A stretch of DNA of 64,000 nt from Lama guanicoe (Eukaryota). The DNA lies in the NCBI GenBank assembly GCA_013239625.1, contig MU054096.1:595098-659097 (forward strand). Reading direction: 5' to 3'. The notes under the pieces were generated by a model, which worked only from the letters and a program-made list of their open reading frames with translations, did not search any database and had not been told where the DNA came from. The position numbers and the translations under genes were made by a program. Positions 62,130 through 64,000 of this stretch are shown here, piece after piece (position 1 is the first letter of the stretch; every line of letters begins with the position of its first letter).

Positions 62130-63260
62130 AAAGTTTAGAAGATGTATACCCATGACCTCGCCAATAAATTTGACAAGATCAAAATTTAAATAAATCTCTG
62201 TTACAAAATACCATGAACAAAGTTCAAAGAGAAGTGACAAATTTGGAGGAAATATTTGTAACGTGTAAATACAACATGGATCAATATCCAAATTATACAA
62301 ACCATTTCTACACATCAATAACCAAAGATAAACCACAAGAGAGAAAGACAGACAAGGAACATAAACAAGTCATTTACAGAAATAAAAATACAACCATAAC
62401 CCTCAGTAGTAATCAGGAAAGTGCAAATTGCAGTCAATTAAGTAACATTCTTCACCTCCCGGATTAATAGAAACGTTTTAACTTGACAATATCAGGTGCC
62501 ACTGACAATGTGAGGGCAGAGCAGCTGAAAGTGGAGCCGAAATTGGGACAGGCAGCTTTGAGGCCAAGTTAGTGGTATTTATTGAAACACAAAAGTACAC
62601 ACCTTCTGTGACCCAGTAATTCCCCTTTTACTAACCCCCTTTGTTCCTGTGCAAAAGAAAGCATTTTGATATTGTCAAAAAATTATGACAAAGTCACATA
62701 TTTACGACATGTTTTTATTTTCCATTAAGTAAATGTCCCGAGTTTCCAGTCATCACCTATAAATTTCAGTCGGCAGGTGTCATTTTTAATGCATTAATAC
62801 ATTTATAGGTTTTGCATGATTATTATGTAAGGAACTACATTTAAAGTTACAAGAGTTTAATAGCATTATTTATAAGCAGGAAACAACCTAAACAATCATT
62901 CATAATTGAGGTACTAAGCAAAATGGACTGTAGTCGCAGTTAAAAGCACGGGGCTAGGTTGGCATGTATTAACATGAACTGGTCTCCAGAACAGTTGTTG
63001 AGTGGAAGAGAACACGGTAGAGTGTTACAGACAGCGGAAGATGATTTAAGCTAAGCAAATGCATGCAAAACAATACTAGAAATTATTGCGATTCTGTAAA
63101 TAGTGGCGTGTAAATGCAAAGAACATGGTCTGGAAGGACCTTTACGAAGCTGCTAACAGGGGTGACCTAGAGAGGTATTGAGGGTAGGAGCAGAAATCAA
63201 AGCAGAATTAAAAGGAACTTAAGCCCCATCTGAATATTTTAATTTCTATCAAGACAACAC
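62130..63260 (+). mobile_element. Old degraded L1ME-type fragments
   Basis: GACAAATTTGGAGGAAATATTTG, AATCAGGAAAGTGCAAATT, TGACCCAGTAATTCC. Confidence 0.6.
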
Positions 63261-63265
63261 ATTAT

Positions 63266-63440
63266 TGGGCAGAGGGTATAGCGCAGGCGATAGAGCGCAT
63301 GCTTAGCATGCACAGGGTCCTGGGCTCAGCCCCCAGTATCTCCTCTGAAAATAAACAAACCTCTAAAAATTAGTAAACTCACCCCTCACCAAAATGAAAA
63401 TAATTAAGTAATAGAACAATAAATAAATAAATGATTTTTA
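63266..63440 (+). mobile_element. vic-1-type SINE
   Basis: GAGGGTATAGCGCAGGCGATAGAGCGCATGCTTAGCATGCACAGGGTCCTGGG plus A-rich tail. Confidence 0.9.
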
Positions 63441-64000
63441 AAAGGCAAGATGTTATATGTAAAAAGTAAAAAAATCATTAAAAAAAATTAACCACTGAAT
63501 TTTTTATTTCAACATTTTTGAAGAAGTAAATCATTACTAGTAACAAGATGGCATATCCACATTATATTTTTAAGTGAACAGAATAAATTGTAGGTTCCAG
63601 CGCGTAGTACAGCTTCATTCAGGGAAAGAAAGAGAAACTGTTCCATAGATACAAGCTGTATTTAAATGGGAACCATGTGCGGATGGTTAGATCCCACAAA
63701 CTGTTGGTGATGATGACTTTGTCAGGGAAGGGACCGAAGGTGAGAGGCAGAGGGCAGGGAAAGACTTTTACCTTTTTAAAAATATGCTTCTGTCGAGTTT
63801 CCATTTCTATAAGGAGCATGTACTAACCTTATCAGAAAAATTCTGATTTGAAAAGTTAATTCTGGGTTGGTCTACTTGGCTAGTTATGAAACATCCTGAA
63901 TTTCACACCTAAACCATGGTCTATTTGCAGTCCCACTTTTGTTTAAGTGATGGAAATATTTGTATATACAAGGACTGGCTTGAAGTTCACCAGTTGAGTC

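Overview
Mammalian non-coding, repeat-dense genomic DNA, most likely camelid (camel/alpaca/llama). The taxon is inferred from many tRNA-derived vic-1-type SINEs (GGGGAGGGTATAGCTCAGTGGTAGAG...GGGTTCAATCCCCAG) and the accompanying L1 3' ends. I cannot support any protein-coding gene. The recognisable ORFs are decayed L1 ORF2 fragments, and the remaining ORFs look like chance frames in repeats or unique DNA. The window is dominated by L1 copies of several ages, L2/MIR, MaLR/ERVL solo LTRs and Tigger/hAT fossils; family names are from memory of consensus sequences and boundaries are approximate. I see no convincing new biological system. The most notable signals are: (1) an inverted pair of ~1.25 kb L1 copies sharing an unusual chimeric 3' tail; (2) an L1 3' transduction that captured an ERV LTR and used the LTR's own AATAAA; (3) a TSD-flanked 100-bp insertion made only of an L1 5' end; (4) two old repeats with anomalous CpG richness (14.35-15.2 kb and 48.3-49.1 kb), suggesting germline-hypomethylated promoters or enhancers; (5) a SINE with a 3' extension and a twin-primed L1; (6) weak candidate non-coding exons.
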